The notes below the pieces were generated by a model. It saw nothing but the letters and a program-made list of their open reading frames with translations, was not told where the DNA came from and made no database searches. Source: Eledone cirrhosa (lineage: Eukaryota). Taken from it: a stretch of 64,000 nt of DNA. A program made the position numbers and the translations under genes. The DNA is taken from contig OZ024756.1 in assembly GCA_964016885.1 (NCBI GenBank), forward strand, positions 29,326,001-29,390,000, in the 5' to 3' direction. Shown here piece after piece: positions 38,332-52,402 of this stretch; position 1 is the first letter of the stretch, and every line of letters begins with the position of its first letter.

Positions 38332-38367
<36 letters not shown>

Positions 38368-39170
38368 CATATATATATATATAACATATATATATATATA
38401 TAACATATATATATAACATATATATATATATATAAACATATATATATATATAACATATATATATATATATAAACATATATATAACATATATATATATATA
38501 TATATATATAACATATATATGTATATATATTTTTTTTATATATATACGTATATAAAATAAATTGAAAAGGAAGTGTAAAGTTTGAACAATTATATTTTTT
38601 ATTATTGTATATTAATTATAGTTTTAATTAATACAGAGTGGGGAAAAAAACAAACGAAACAAATAAACAAACAATATAAGTGACACAATAAACAAATAAA
38701 TTTCTGCCAAACTCAATGTCTTTTTTTTTGTTTTTGGCTGGGTTATTATTATTATTATTATTATAATTATTATTATTTGAGGACATTTATCCAACTGGAT
38801 ATACACCAAGACTGCTTAGAAAGCAATAGTTCAGGCTAGAAAATAAACACACACGCTTGTATGTGTGCACATGTGTGTATATATATATACACACACACAT
38901 GCATGTATATATGCATATATACATGCATACGTACATACCCATGCATACATACGTACATACCCATGCACACATACATGCATACAATATTTATATATATATA
39001 TGCATGTGTATATATATATACATACATGCATATATATACATACACATACATTTATGCATATATATATATATATACACATGAAAATCTCTATCAAAGAGAC
39101 AGAAATGTTTGAGAATGTTTATCTCCTTGCGTATGGATTAGGGGAGAGGGAGAAAGAGAGGGGAAGGAGA

Positions 39171-39221
<51 letters not shown>

Positions 39222-39234
39222 GAGGGAAGTATTC

Positions 39235-39266
<32 letters not shown>

Positions 39267-39484
39267 GAAAAGAAGAAAGTTTCACGTATATAAAGGTCAA
39301 TCGACAACAGCAACAACAAACTAAATACTAGGCTCCACTTTTATAAATTCTGCAAATGAAGAATGAATAATCCACCTTACACCCCCTCCATTGCAGCAGA
39401 TATATATAACCATGGCAACTCAGTCTTTATATGTGCTCTATGTCAGTCACTATAATATATATGGTAGGGGGGTAGGTGTTTGTG

Positions 39485-39552
<68 letters not shown>

Positions 39553-39557
39553 TATAC

Positions 39558-39678
<121 letters not shown>

Positions 39679-39925
39679 CACACACACCTACATATATATA
39701 TCAAGTTTAATATAGAAATGGCTTCTACAGGACTAGAACTGTTTCATTCAAAAGAAATCACCAGAGCTTTCTTGGTGATTTCTTTTGAATGAAACAATTC
39801 TAGTCCTGTAGAAGCCATTTCTATATTAAACTTGATGTTTACACTCTACTAATGTATTGAGTACCTTATTAACTGCGGTTAGCCCCAATTGAATCTGGGA
39901 CTCACACTCACATATATGCGTGTGT

Positions 39926-39956
<31 letters not shown>

Positions 39957-40958
39957 TAAATGTAGATAGATAGAGGACTAGATAGAATGACTGGTAGGTA
40001 AGTAGAAACAGGTATTTTGTCATTAAAGTGATCCACCACCACCACAACCATCATCATCTTTTTGTACATCCATTTTTCCATGCTTGCATCTATATAATAA
40101 TATAATAGCTAGCTTGTAACTCTGGCCATTACTCCTAAAATAAAAGAACAAGACTGCATCAACTTGAGACCGGATCAACATGAGACTGGATCAACTTGAG
40201 ACCAGATCAACATGAGAGTGGATCAACTTGAAACTAGACCAGTGGTAAAAATGAGCAACCAAAAAGATAATCATATTTTAAAGGTTATTTGTTGGCTAAG
40301 ATCATTAGGGAGGAGCAATGAAAGGAGGGGGGTGAGTGAGAGGAGGAAGAGAAAAATAAAAGACAAAACCCCAAAAAAGGGTTAAGCAAGAAGCTAGTTA
40401 TTTCATATTTTCTGTTTTTAAGGGGACTTTTTTTGCGAGAAACTCAGCCAATATTAAAACATTGCTTTTTTTTTGTGTATTTTATTTATTTATTATTATT
40501 TGATCATACCATAAAGAGAGAAATGGAAAAAGGAAAGAAAAAAAAGCCAAGTCAAAGAAATAAAATAACACAACATAATTTATTTATATATACAAATTGA
40601 GAGTTTTTTTAAAACCTCAATAATAATAATAATAATAATAATAATTCTTCCTAATAATAATAATTATGAAAAAATATTTATTAAAAAAAGAAATTATACA
40701 AACATTGATTAAAAACAAATAAAAATTGAAAGAAAGGTAAGAAGATATAATTACAATTTTGACTAACGAGGATGATAAAATGTTTAATAATACTAAGAAA
40801 AATACTGATATAAAGTGATGAAAAGGATTAAAAGGAACAAAATTGAAAAGAAAAAAAAAACAAAAAAAAAAACAAAAATGCAAAAGCCCCATTACCACAT
40901 ATTTCAAAATAAAAATGAAATCAACTTTTTGTAGTGTATGTGTTTATATATACATATC

Positions 40959-41012
<54 letters not shown>

Positions 41013-42215
41013 ATGATGTATGTGTATGATGATGTATATATATATATATTTTAAGGAAGTTATCGAAGTCACACAAGTTGATTTATCTGAGGTAAGCCTA
41101 TACTCACTCAATGATACTTGAAATTAATATATATATATATTTATATTTATATATATATAGATGTGTGTGAGTATATATATATATATTAGGTAGAGGGGCC
41201 TGTTCAAAAAATATATTGCAGTCTCCATTTCATGCTGCAAAAAATGGCAATGGGCCTGCGACTTGTCCTAAATGGACGCACAAAGATTGCATAGCTGGAG
41301 CCCCTAAACAGGGTTCAGAGGGCAGCAAACCTTGACAAATATATATATATATAACGTATATATATGATATATAAATAAGTTATCAACACAAAAGGGTTTC
41401 AAATTTCAACAAGCATAGCACATGGATATTCTATGCCTGCTAGATTAGTTGTTGTCAGGTTTCATCTGAAGATAACTAAACTAGCAGACATAGAATGTTA
41501 ATGCCCTATGTTGGTTGGAGTTTGAAACCCTTGGTAGCATGCATTTGTACCAAGAACTTATTGATATACTTTGGTTCTGTACATTACATAGACCGCTCTC
41601 CTTCCTTGATCTATTCTTCGAAAATTCTTGGCACTATATATATATATATACACACACACAGACACAAGTATATATATATATATTGTTTAAAATATGTGAG
41701 CCCTACCGTCGGTCAAACTAAAACTAATTTATGTATGTATGGTCTTGTAACTCCTGATAGAGTATTAGGGTCGCCGTATTGACATTTCTTGGGCATTTTA
41801 AGCCTGGTGGAGCCCATTCTCCTTCAGGCTTCATGTATAGGTATATATATTCAAAACAACAAACAGCGGAGGACGCGTTTCGCACCTGTCCGACAGACAA
41901 CCTTTACCCCGGAAAAAAAAAACCCCAGTTGATGGATGTGAATCCGAAATATATAGGGGCTATTAAATCTCTCCCAAGGTAACTCTCTCTTGTGTTGTTA
42001 TTTTTATTTTATTCTTTATACTCTTCCCTTCTTTCTTCTACACATTTACACATCTTTACACACCACGCATCTCAACGTACACCCACTTACATCTCTCTCT
42101 CCACCACCGGATCTTGTTACCCGGAGATTTACCCATTTGCATTGCCGAGGCTTCCAAACGACTTAAAGATATTTATTTATTATTCCACAATGCTTCAAGC
42201 AAACTTCAATGCTCT

Positions 42216-42257
<42 letters not shown>

Positions 42258-42951
42258 ATGAAGAGTTAATATAGACTTAATATATTTCATTCATATGAAA
42301 TCATCATGATTTCATATTCTAATCGGGATCTATATAGCGATGAGTTTTCCTCATTTTTATATGTATTGAAATACATTCTCGCTTCGTCTCGATCAGAGAC
42401 AACAATGTTTTTTCATTTAACTTTATCATAGCTATGATTACCTTTCTAATTAGGAAAAGTACCTCAACTTGAGGTCCACTATCCCATTATTTTCTTTTCT
42501 TTGTCTTCTTTCATCCTACTATTTTTTTGTTTTATCAGATTTATTTTTCTGTTGCACGATCCAGCCTTTTAAAATGGTATGCACAATTAAATCGTGCTAA
42601 ATCATTTTGATGGTTTGAGAGCTGATGAGGGTGAAGACGTGTGTACGTGTGTAAATTTGTCTTGTACATTGCCTTTCTCTATTTCCTTCTTCCAGTCACC
42701 TCTATGTGCCCACACTTTTCCTTGTCCTCCGACTCTGTCAATCTTTCCTGTGTTTCGTCTGCCTGTCACCCACCCCGTGGATTGTCTCTCTGTCGACCAC
42801 TGGCTGCTGGTCTCTGTCCTCTTGGACATTTTAGCTCATCAGTCTTTGACAGCATTTGACTGTTCTAGCGATGAGCTTTCTCATTTCTATATGCATGTAT
42901 GTGTATATATATATATATATATATACACATATATATGTGATATAGTAATGA

Positions 42952-43013
<62 letters not shown>

Positions 43014-43058
43014 TCAATATTTTATATATATATAAAATATTCATTACTATATCACATA

Positions 43059-43122
<64 letters not shown>

Positions 43123-43140
43123 TATGTGATATAGTAATGA

Positions 43141-43178
<38 letters not shown>

Positions 43179-43182
43179 TCAT

Positions 43183-43230
<48 letters not shown>

Positions 43231-43974
43231 CAATTTTGTAGCTTGTTTGAAGTATTGTTTAATAGGAAACACAAATTTAAATATAATTTTGAAGACCAAC
43301 ACAATGTGTATGGAGAATGTTAAAAATTTTTTTTAAAGTATTTTGTTAAAAATATTTTCGAAATTGTTCAATCGGATAGACTTGCTTGTATGGGAGCAGA
43401 TTTAAGTGAAATGAATTTAAAAGATGTTAAAATGTTGAACGTGCGTGTTGTGAAATATATGATATATGCATGTTTGTGTGTGAATATATATACACACACA
43501 TATATATGTCATATAGTAAAGAATATTATATATATATATATTCACATATATATATATAATATATATATAGAGAGAGAGAGAGAGAAAGAGAGAGAAGAGA
43601 ACATCAAGAGTATATATACGTGATGTGAAACAGTTTCAAAGGAAAACCAAAAAACTTACAGGGGTGTGGGGGGAGGGGGTAGAATTGGGGCGATGAGGGA
43701 GGGGATAGGGAAGAGAAAGAAAGAGCCTTTCTCTGTGCCACCTGCCTTAATAATAACAATATCAACAACAACAACAATAATAATTGTTTTTAATACAGAC
43801 ACAAGGCCACAAATGTTCTTTTTTCTTTTTTTTTGTGGGGATGGAAGGGTTTAGTCGATTAAAATGAAGAATGAAATGCAAATTGACCACTGAAAAACAA
43901 ACAAACACAATTTAGGAACATGGAAGGTGGTTACACTACCCATAGACCCTGTTAATAATAATAATAATAATAAT

Positions 43975-44180
43975 AGTTTCTGATTTAGGCACAAGGCCAA
44001 CAATTTTGGGGGAAGGGAAATGTGATTAAATCGACCCCAGTATGTAACTGGTATTTAATTTTATCGACTCTGTAAAGATGAAAAGCAAAGCTAACCTTGG
44101 CGTGATTTGAGCTCAGGACTTAATAGAGCATAACTATAAGCCGCGAAGCATATTGACCAATGCTCTACCGATTCTGCCAA
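43975..44180 (-). mobile_element. SINE family B, diverged
   Basis: Degenerate match to family B. Confidence 0.7.
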
Positions 44181-44859
44181 TAATAATAATAATTTCTAAA
44201 TTTAAGCAATTTAGTTGAAGGGCAATTCGAATAAATCAACCCCAGTACTTTATTTTATCGTCCTCTGGAATGGTGAAAGGTAAAGTTGATCACAGCAGGA
44301 TTTGAATCCAGAATGAAAACAACTGGAACAGCATCCACAAGGATTTGACACTTTAATGTCTCAGTCACTCCACAGCTTGGAATAAATCTAATTAGGTCAT
44401 CATGTGTGTCTAAGTATATATCTGTATGATAGTGTGAATGTGTCTGTGTATGTCTGCGTCTGAGTGTGTGTGTGTGGTGTGTGTATGTGTGTGTGCGTTT
44501 TAGCCTGTCAAATGACAGTTGTCAAAAATCACTTATTTAAAAGAGATACTCATATAGTAAAGGCGCAGGGCTGAGTCGTTAGAGAATTAGATTCGCAATC
44601 GTGGGGTTGCAATTTCAATTCCCAGACCAAGTGATGCGTTATGCCTTGAACAAGACACTTTATTTCACATTGCTCCTTCTGCCTGGATTTGCGACTGATA
44701 GATAGTATTAGCAATTGGAAAGACCAATGGAAACATTGTTTCCTCGGTCTGATTTGACGAGCTCCAACCCACTTGTTAAGCGAATGAGGTCTGGGATCTT
44801 GTCGATCGACTGTCAACCGATACAGTTGTTTTTGTAGTTAGTTTGTTGCTAACCAATGT

Positions 44860-45000
44860 TCTACGTGGAACATTGGTTAGCAACAAAAGATCTCCAACAC
44901 CTGCGGTCTTCTGCAAGAGATATGGCATCCTCCCAACTCAGCTCTTTTGCATTTAAGATCCTTTCCTTCAGGGCTGCCTTCTTCCGTGATGTTAATGGGA
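44860..45000 (-). mobile_element. RTE-type LINE extreme 3' fragment
   Basis: Frame reads ELSWEDAISLAEDRRCWRSFVANQCST. Confidence 0.6.
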
Positions 45001-45313
45001 GAGTCTTGTGTGTCTTGTTTGTATCCACACTGTAGTGTGGATAAAAAACAGAGACCGAGGAAGAAAATCTGATGAAGGTGCTACTCAGCAGTGGAACTGA
45101 ACCATGATATTGCTATTATTACCATTAGTGTTGTTGTTAGTAGTAGTATTATTACCATTAGTGTTGTTGTTAGTAGTAATGTTAGTATTACCATTAGTAT
45201 TGTTCTTAGTTGTAGAGTTAGTTATTATTAGTGCAGCTGTTGTTGTTGTTTTAGATAGTAGTGTTAGGAGGTTCTCAGCAAATACGTAAAAGAAACTGGA
45301 TGAAGTACTTTAA

Positions 45314-45501
45314 TCCTTTAGCATTTAAACCGGCCAGAATTCTCTCACCTCTTTCAGTTCAAACCGGTTGCTCATACTGATGTTAAGGCATTGTTCTCAA
45401 AATGAATAATATCAAAATCTCATAGATTCAATATTATCTGAGGTAAAGCCTTTACCATGGAAATACAATAGTAAATATAGAGTAATCTAAATGCTAAAGG
45501 G
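45314..45501. mobile_element. piggyBac-like MITE
   Basis: TTAA-TCCTTTAGCATTTA...TAAATGCTAAAGGG-TTAA. Confidence 0.78.
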
Positions 45502-45559
45502 TTAAGGGTCTCCTGGGTGAGCTATCTCCTGTCAAAGGTGATCTCCCACTAATAGAAGC

Positions 45560-45860
45560 TTCACCTCTATTAGACATCTCAACAGTACACTCTTCTTTGA
45601 GCAAAATCTGTCTTGTAATCAAATCCTTCGAGAACAAGAAATCTCCAGGTCTTGATAATATTTCCAGTATTGTTTGGAAAGACCCTAATCTGGTCTCGGT
45701 CCTTCTGTCTATATTTAATGAGATCTTAGACATACTTTATCCACCTTCAAGTTCCCTTAAAGCTGGCATAATTCCAATTCCTAAGAAAGGTTACCCCCTT
45801 TTCTTCCCTGAAAAACTACTGGGGAATCTCATTGATGACACTCGCTGCCTAAAGATGAGG
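45560..45860 (+). mobile_element. Degenerate LINE RT N-terminal fragment
   Basis: NKKSPGLDNI...LLSIFNEIL...IIPIPKKG, then frameshifted ENYWGISL. Confidence 0.8.
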
Positions 45861-46547
45861 TGAAGGGACAGTTGATTAAATCAACTTTAATCCTTCACTG
45901 GTTGTATATATTATTGGTCCTTAACAGATGATGAAAAGGCAGTCTCAACTTTGGCAGGCTTTGAACTCAGAACACAACAGGACATGAGTAAATATAGCAA
46001 AGCACTTTGTCCAACCATTCTCTATTGATTCTCTCCATCCAAACACTAAATAACAACAAAATATTAAGTATTGTGCCAAAAGTAGAAATAATTATATTGT
46101 TACAACCCTAAAATACATACAAAGGAGCCAATCATTGGATTGGAGCAGGGAAACCATGTTTCCATTCATCTTTCTGTTGCTGGTAGTAACACCTGTCAGA
46201 AAGAGGAGGGATATGAATACAGAATATAGAATATAGAATTCTCAAAACTGGATCAGATACAGCTAAACATCTCTCTGACCAACATTTTAACAATTCCACC
46301 AATCTTCAGCCCCTGGACTGATACTGGTACTTTCTTTAAAGAAACAAGTGGAGAGAGGAGCTGTGCAGGGGCAGAGGACTGATGTAACTTATGCAAGAGG
46401 ATTTGTCTCACTCACCAATGTCAGAGAACTCACAGGACTCATCTACGCTATATGAGAGGAATCGTCTAAGTCATGCAAGATGGAAAAAAAATACTTTAAA
46501 AGCAATGATGATTATGGTGATGATGATGGTGATGATGGTGATGATGG

Positions 46548-46597
<50 letters not shown>

Positions 46598-47039
46598 TTT
46601 ATAATGATGACTTGAAAAAGTTTAAATTCTCCAAGAAGATGGTATTTCACGAAAAATAAATGAAAGAACTTCGATGAGAAAGAGAATTTGATAAAAAAAA
46701 ACCCAACAGATTATGGGAATATTAGCATCATTAAGTTGGCAGCAGTCATAGAGGTAATATGTGTGTGTTACAAATATGTGCATGTGTGTATGTGAGTATA
46801 TATATATATATATTTATAACATCGTTTAACGTCTATTTCCCACGTTATGATATATATATATACACACACACACACACTATATTTTGTCACCTTCATCATC
46901 ATGGGTTAGATGAGTTATGTTTAGATGCTAGACCAGTCAGGTAACCATACTTTGTCTATACGTTACATTTTTAGCTTGGTTTCTATGGCTGAATGCTGTC
47001 CCTAATACCAACCATCTCATAGTGTTTAGTAGGAGCATT

Positions 47040-47245
47040 TTATCATGGGACCAGCACTACCTGCTTACAGGGTGGATTGGGTATTTTTTATCATGACACC
47101 AGCACTACCAGCTTACAGGGTGGACTGCATACTTTTTATCATGGCACCAGCACTACCAGCTTACAGGGTGGACTGGGTACTTTTTATCATGGCACCAGCA
47201 CTACCAGCTTACAGGGTGGACTGGGTACTTTTTATCATGGCACCA
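47040..47245. repeat. 48-bp SINE-related tandem repeat, about 4 copies
   Basis: Unit ccagcactaccagcttacagggtggactgggtactttttatcatggca. Confidence 0.85.
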
Positions 47246-47872
47246 TTTGTTATATCGAAACTGTTTTCACCATCCCCATGGTTCTGTCTCTCTCTCTGTC
47301 TCTTTCATCAACACGACACTGTTGCTTCTACACAGTGATATATATATGTATGTGTATGTATGTGAATGTGTATGCATGTACGTATGTGTATGCATGTGTG
47401 TGTGTGTATGTGTGCGCTTTGTTTCAATTAAAAAAATTTAAATTAACGAAAATGAAAGAAACCCCCCAAAAATACAAAAGACAAACAAACAAACAACTCT
47501 AACGAAGAAAATAGTTTCTTTTCAATTGTTACAAATAAACGAATAAAATGTTGAGAAAACAGGGAATCTTTTATGATACCAGGGAGAGAGGGAGGGAGAG
47601 CATGACAGAAGCAGAATATTAGAGAATAGAGAAAATATACTGTGAAATATAACGAAATATTTTCTTGCCAAGTTCTGAAGGAATTTTCATGAACAAAGAA
47701 CAATACAAGAAGAAGAAGAAGAAGATACAACAACCAGATATTTTTTCTTTTTTTTTTACCAAAAAAAAAAAAAAAAAAAGCAACGGAACATTTAATTAGC
47801 TTTGTTACCATCATCATTACGATTATTTTAATTTTATTATTATTATCAGTAGTAGTAGAAGTAACAGTAAAA

Positions 47873-47924
<52 letters not shown>

Positions 47925-48315
47925 TGTAATGGTGGTGGTGTTGGTAGTCAAACATCAAACAGGTGGTGCTGTTGATATTGTTGGTGGTGATGGTGTTGTT
48001 GTCATTGATGTTAGTAGTAGTGTTGTTGTTGTTGGTGGTGGTGGTGGTGGTGTTGATGGTGGCTGATAGTGCTGTTGTTATTGAAGTTAGTAGTGGTGGT
48101 GGTGGTGGTGTTGCTGTTGTTGTTGTTTTTACTGTTCTTGTAATTCTAATATTATATCAGCATGTGTCATAAGAAATAATTTTCCAAAATAAATGCTTTT
48201 AAAAGAGATTTTTCAAATCTTGAAAATTGTTTCATAAAAGAGGGAAAATAAATATGAAATGAGTTAAAGATGTTTCAATAAAAAATAGAAATATATATAT
48301 ATATATTTGTATGTT

Positions 48316-48382
<67 letters not shown>

Positions 48383-48433
48383 TTTCTGAATTTGTTTAGC
48401 AAGATTCTTTATCTGAAAACGTGTGTTGAAACC

Positions 48434-48730
48434 GATATTGTTATGCTTTCGGGGGGGGGGGGGGGGGGGGTCAAGTTACCAATAAGAAACACACGCACCA
48501 GTTGCTTTCACTCCAATTTATTATATATTAAATTTATAAATTTAAGAATTTATAAATTTCCGGTTGGTTGGTTTGCTTCCACAACCGGACAGTTGTCACC
48601 GGTTGTGGAAGCAAACCAACCAACCGGAAATTTATAAATTCTTAAATTTATAAATTTAATATATAATAAATTGGAGTGAAAGCAACTGGTGCGTGTGTTT
48701 CTTATTGGTAACATGACCCTCCCAAAGCAT

Positions 48731-48739
<9 letters not shown>
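48434..48739. repeat. Fold-back inverted repeat of a dispersed (TA)n-associated element
   Basis: Arms match around centre ggacagttgtcacc. The left arm has a poly-G expansion. Same family as 37770-37965 and 56745-56820. Confidence 0.85.
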
Positions 48740-48781
<42 letters not shown>

Positions 48782-48997
48782 TATATATATAATATACATA
48801 TATATATTATATATATATAATATATAGATATATCTATATATATATATATATAATATATATATCTATATTATATATATATATATAATATATATATACATAT
48901 ATATATAATATATATAATTTATATAATATATATATATACACATATATATAATGAAACAGATCTAGTCCTGTAGAAGCCATTTCTATATTAAATATAT

Positions 48998-49063
<66 letters not shown>

Positions 49064-49148
49064 CAGTACCTTTTAATTTTATAGAAAACAAAAACAAAGT
49101 TTTACATACATCACAGAAGCTGATATATAAACCAGGGCAGCAGCTATA

Positions 49149-49184
<36 letters not shown>

Positions 49185-49501
49185 ATAGTTGTGGTGGTTG
49201 TAGCAGTAGTAGTAGCAGCAGCAGTAAGCCCCGTAAGTAAATCAGGCTGCAAGTGATTAAGGGGTGAGGGAGTTGGGGGGTACTGGAGATTGTAGAAGGG
49301 GGATTTGGGGTAGGGCAAGGGTAGGGGGGGTAGGAGCTGGGGGGGGGGGGTTTGACTCCCAGACCATGACTACATTATATTTGCTAACTGACACTTAGTT
49401 TGGTTTTTCTTTTCCATTTTTTTCTCCTCCCAAAGATTTTTTTGAAGTAAAATTTGAAGCATGAGTGTCAGTTAGAGTGACATCAGTGTCAGGAGGTTAA
49501 T

Positions 49502-49522
49502 CTATACTTTCTCTGGATCTTT
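49502..49522 (-). CDS. Last coding exon of minus-strand gene (KDPEKV*)
   Basis: Strong polypyrimidine acceptor cttcttctctttccag, phase 0, TAG. Confidence 0.7.
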   Translation of the reverse strand, partial: KDPEKV

Positions 49523-49611
49523 CTGGAAAGAGAAGAAGAAGACGAAGGAAAGAAAAAAAAAAAAAGAAAGAAAACATATTTTAAAACAATTGAAACAAAA
49601 CAAGGAAAACG

Positions 49612-50045
49612 GGTGATGATGATGATGATGATGATAATAATGGTGGTGGTGGTGATGATGATGATGACGATGATGGTGGTGATGATGATGACGGTGATGA
49701 TGATGATGGTGGTGGTGGTGATGACGATGGCGGTGATGACAATGATGGTGGTGGTGGTGGTGATGGCGGTGGCGGTGATGATGATGGTGGTGGTGGTGGT
49801 GGTGATGGCGGTGGCGGTGATGACAATGATGGTGGTGGTGATGATGGTGATGATGATGACGATGGTGGTGGTGATGATGATGACGGTGATGATGATGATG
49901 ATGATGGTGGTGGTGATGACGATGGCGGTGATGATGATGATGGTGGTGGTGGTGATGCCGATGGCGGTGATGACGATGGAGGTGTTGGTCATGATGATGA
50001 TGACGACAATGACAATGGTGATGATGATGATGACAACAATGACGA
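49612..50045. repeat. Compound (GAT/GGT)n low-complexity tract (similar tracts at 54670-54955 and 55435-55920)
   Basis: Directly visible. Confidence 0.9.
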
Positions 50046-50140
50046 AATAAAGGTTGCATCTCATAGGAGGTTTCTCAGGCTTTTTAATGAGAGGGTCCAA
50101 AGTCCTATGATGACCTTGAGTGCCTTTAGTAGAGTTCAGC

Positions 50141-50815
50141 ACAGTGGCAGACTTAACCCATCACCACAGTGGCAGACTTAACCCATCACCACAGTGGCAG
50201 ACTTAACCCATCACCACAGTGGCAGACTTAACCCATCACCACAGTGGCAGACTTAACCCACCACCACAGTGGCAGACTTAACCCACCACCACAGTGGCAG
50301 ACTTAACCCATCACCACAGTGGCAGACTTAACCCATCACCACAGTGGCAGACTTAACCCATCACCACAGTGGCAGACTTAACCCACCACCACAGTGGCAG
50401 ACTTAACCCACCACCACAGTGGCAGACTTAACCCATCACCACAGTGGCAGACTTAACCCATCACCACAGTGGCAGACTTAACCCATCACCACAGTGGCAG
50501 ACTTAACCCACCACCACAGTGGCAGACTTAACCCACCACCACAGTGGCAGACTTAACCCATCACCACAGTGGCAGACTTAACCCATCACCACAGTGGCAG
50601 ACTTAACCCATCACCACAGTGGCAGACTTAACCCATCACCACAGTGGCAGACTTAACCCATCACCACAGTGGCAGACTTAACCCATCACCACAGTGGCAG
50701 ACTTAACCCATCACCACAGTGGCAGACTTAACCCATCACCACAGTGGCAGACTTAACCCATCACCACAGTGGCAGACTTAACCCATCACCACAGTGGCAG
50801 ACTTAACCCATCACC
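50141..50815. repeat. 25-bp minisatellite (acagtggcagacttaacccatcacc), about 27 copies
   Basis: Directly visible. Confidence 0.97.
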
Positions 50816-50829
50816 CAGTTTAAGATCAC

Positions 50830-52030
50830 CACCACCACCACTTGGACCTTGGGTGCCTTAAGGAGAGTCCACTTGGATGGTAGACTTAACACCACCACCT
50901 GGCTAACCTTGAATGCCTTAAGAAGAGTCCACTTGGATGGTAGACTTAACACCACCACCTGGCTAACCTTGGGTGCCTTAAGAAGAGTCCACTTGGATGG
51001 TAGACTTAACACCACCACCTGGCTAACCTTGAATGCCTTAAGAAGAGTCCACTTGGATGGTAGACTTAACACCACCACCTGGCTAACCTTGAATGCCTTA
51101 AGAAGAGTCCACTTGGATGGTAGACTTAACACCACCACCTGGCTAACCTTGGGTGCCTTAAGAAGAGTCCACTTGGATGGTAGACTTAACACCACCACCT
51201 GGCTAACCTTGAATGCCTTAAGAAGAGTCCACTTGGATGGTAGACTTAACACCACCACCTGGCTAACCTTGGGTGCCTTAAGAAGAGTCCACTTGGATGG
51301 TAGACTTAACACCACCACCTGGCTAACCTTGAATGCCTTAAGAAGAGTCCACTTGGATGGTAGACTTAACACCACCACCTGGCTAACCTTGGGTGCCTTA
51401 AGAAGAGTCCACTTGGATGGTAGACTTAACACCACCACCTGGCTAACCTTGGGTGCCTTAAGGAGAGTCCACTTGGATGGTAGACTTAACACCACCACCT
51501 GGCTAACCTTGAATGCCTTAAGGAGAGTCCACTTGGATGGTAGACTTAATACCACCACCTGGCTAACCTTGGGTGCCTTAAGGAGAGTCCACTTGGATGG
51601 TAGACTTAATACCACCACCTGGCTAACCTTGGGTGCCTTAAGGAGAGTCCACTTGGATGGTAGACTTAATACCACCACCTGGCTAACCTTGGGTGCCTTA
51701 AGGAGAGTCCACTTGGATGGTAGACTTAACACCACCACCTGGCTAACCTTGGGTGCCTTAAGAAGAGTCAACTTGGATGGTAGACTTAATACCACCACCT
51801 GGCTAACCTTGGGTGCCTTAAGGAGAGTCCACTTGGATGGTAGACTTAACACCACCACCTGGCTAACCTTGGGTGCCTTAAGAAGAGTCCACTTGGATGG
51901 TAGACTTAATACCACCACCTGGCTAACCTTGGGTGCCTTAAGGAGAGTCCACTTGGATGGTAGACTTAATACCACCACCTGGCTAACCTTGGGTGCCTTA
52001 AGGAGAGTCCACTTGGATGGTAGACTTAAC
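50830..52030. repeat. 60-bp minisatellite, 20 copies
   Basis: Aligns exactly with the 60-nt line length. Confidence 0.97.
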
Positions 52031-52060
52031 CTATCACTACCATGTGTCTGGAGGCCTTAA

Positions 52061-52260
52061 CCCTTTAGAATTTACATTACTCTATATATACTAATTGTAT
52101 TTTTGTGGCAAAGGCTTTACCTCACATAATATCGAATCTATGAGATTTTGATGTTATTTATTTTGAGAACAATATCTTAACATCAGTATGAACAACCAGT
52201 TATGAACAGAAAGGGGTGAGACAATCCTGGCCGGATTTGGCTGGTTTAAAAGCTAGAGGG
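52061..52260. mobile_element. piggyBac-like MITE
   Basis: TTAA-CCCTTTAGAATTTA...AAGCTAGAGGG-TTAA. Confidence 0.75.
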
Positions 52261-52338
52261 TTAAGTGGAGTCTATTGCGTTACACACATTTAGATCAGGT
52301 GGTTCCCAATCTCGAGAATCTCTGCAAACAATACTTAC

Positions 52339-52402
52339 CGGCATAATATCTTCAGATTTCTTGTCGTCTGTATCAATCTTGTCTGTTTGATCTTTCTTCA
52401 AA
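52339..52402 (-). CDS. Penultimate exon of minus-strand gene (LKKDQTDKIDTDDKKSEDIMP)
   Basis: Acceptor tttctctttacag, donor CCG|gtaagt, phase 2-0. Confidence 0.8.

Larger units (their letters stand above)
37823..38339. repeat. Palindrome with 255-bp arms and 7-nt loop
   Basis: Arms 37823-38077 and 38085-38339 read as exact reverse complements. Confidence 0.92.

Noticed and set aside
44880-45030. Possible minus-strand exon (CGYKQDTQDSP...)
   Set aside because: Another frame reads as an RTE LINE C-terminus, and it lies beyond the inferred stop at 49502.
50803-52060. 391-aa and 403-aa repetitive ORFs
   Set aside because: Stop-free frames of a 60-bp minisatellite inside an intron, with no splice or domain support.
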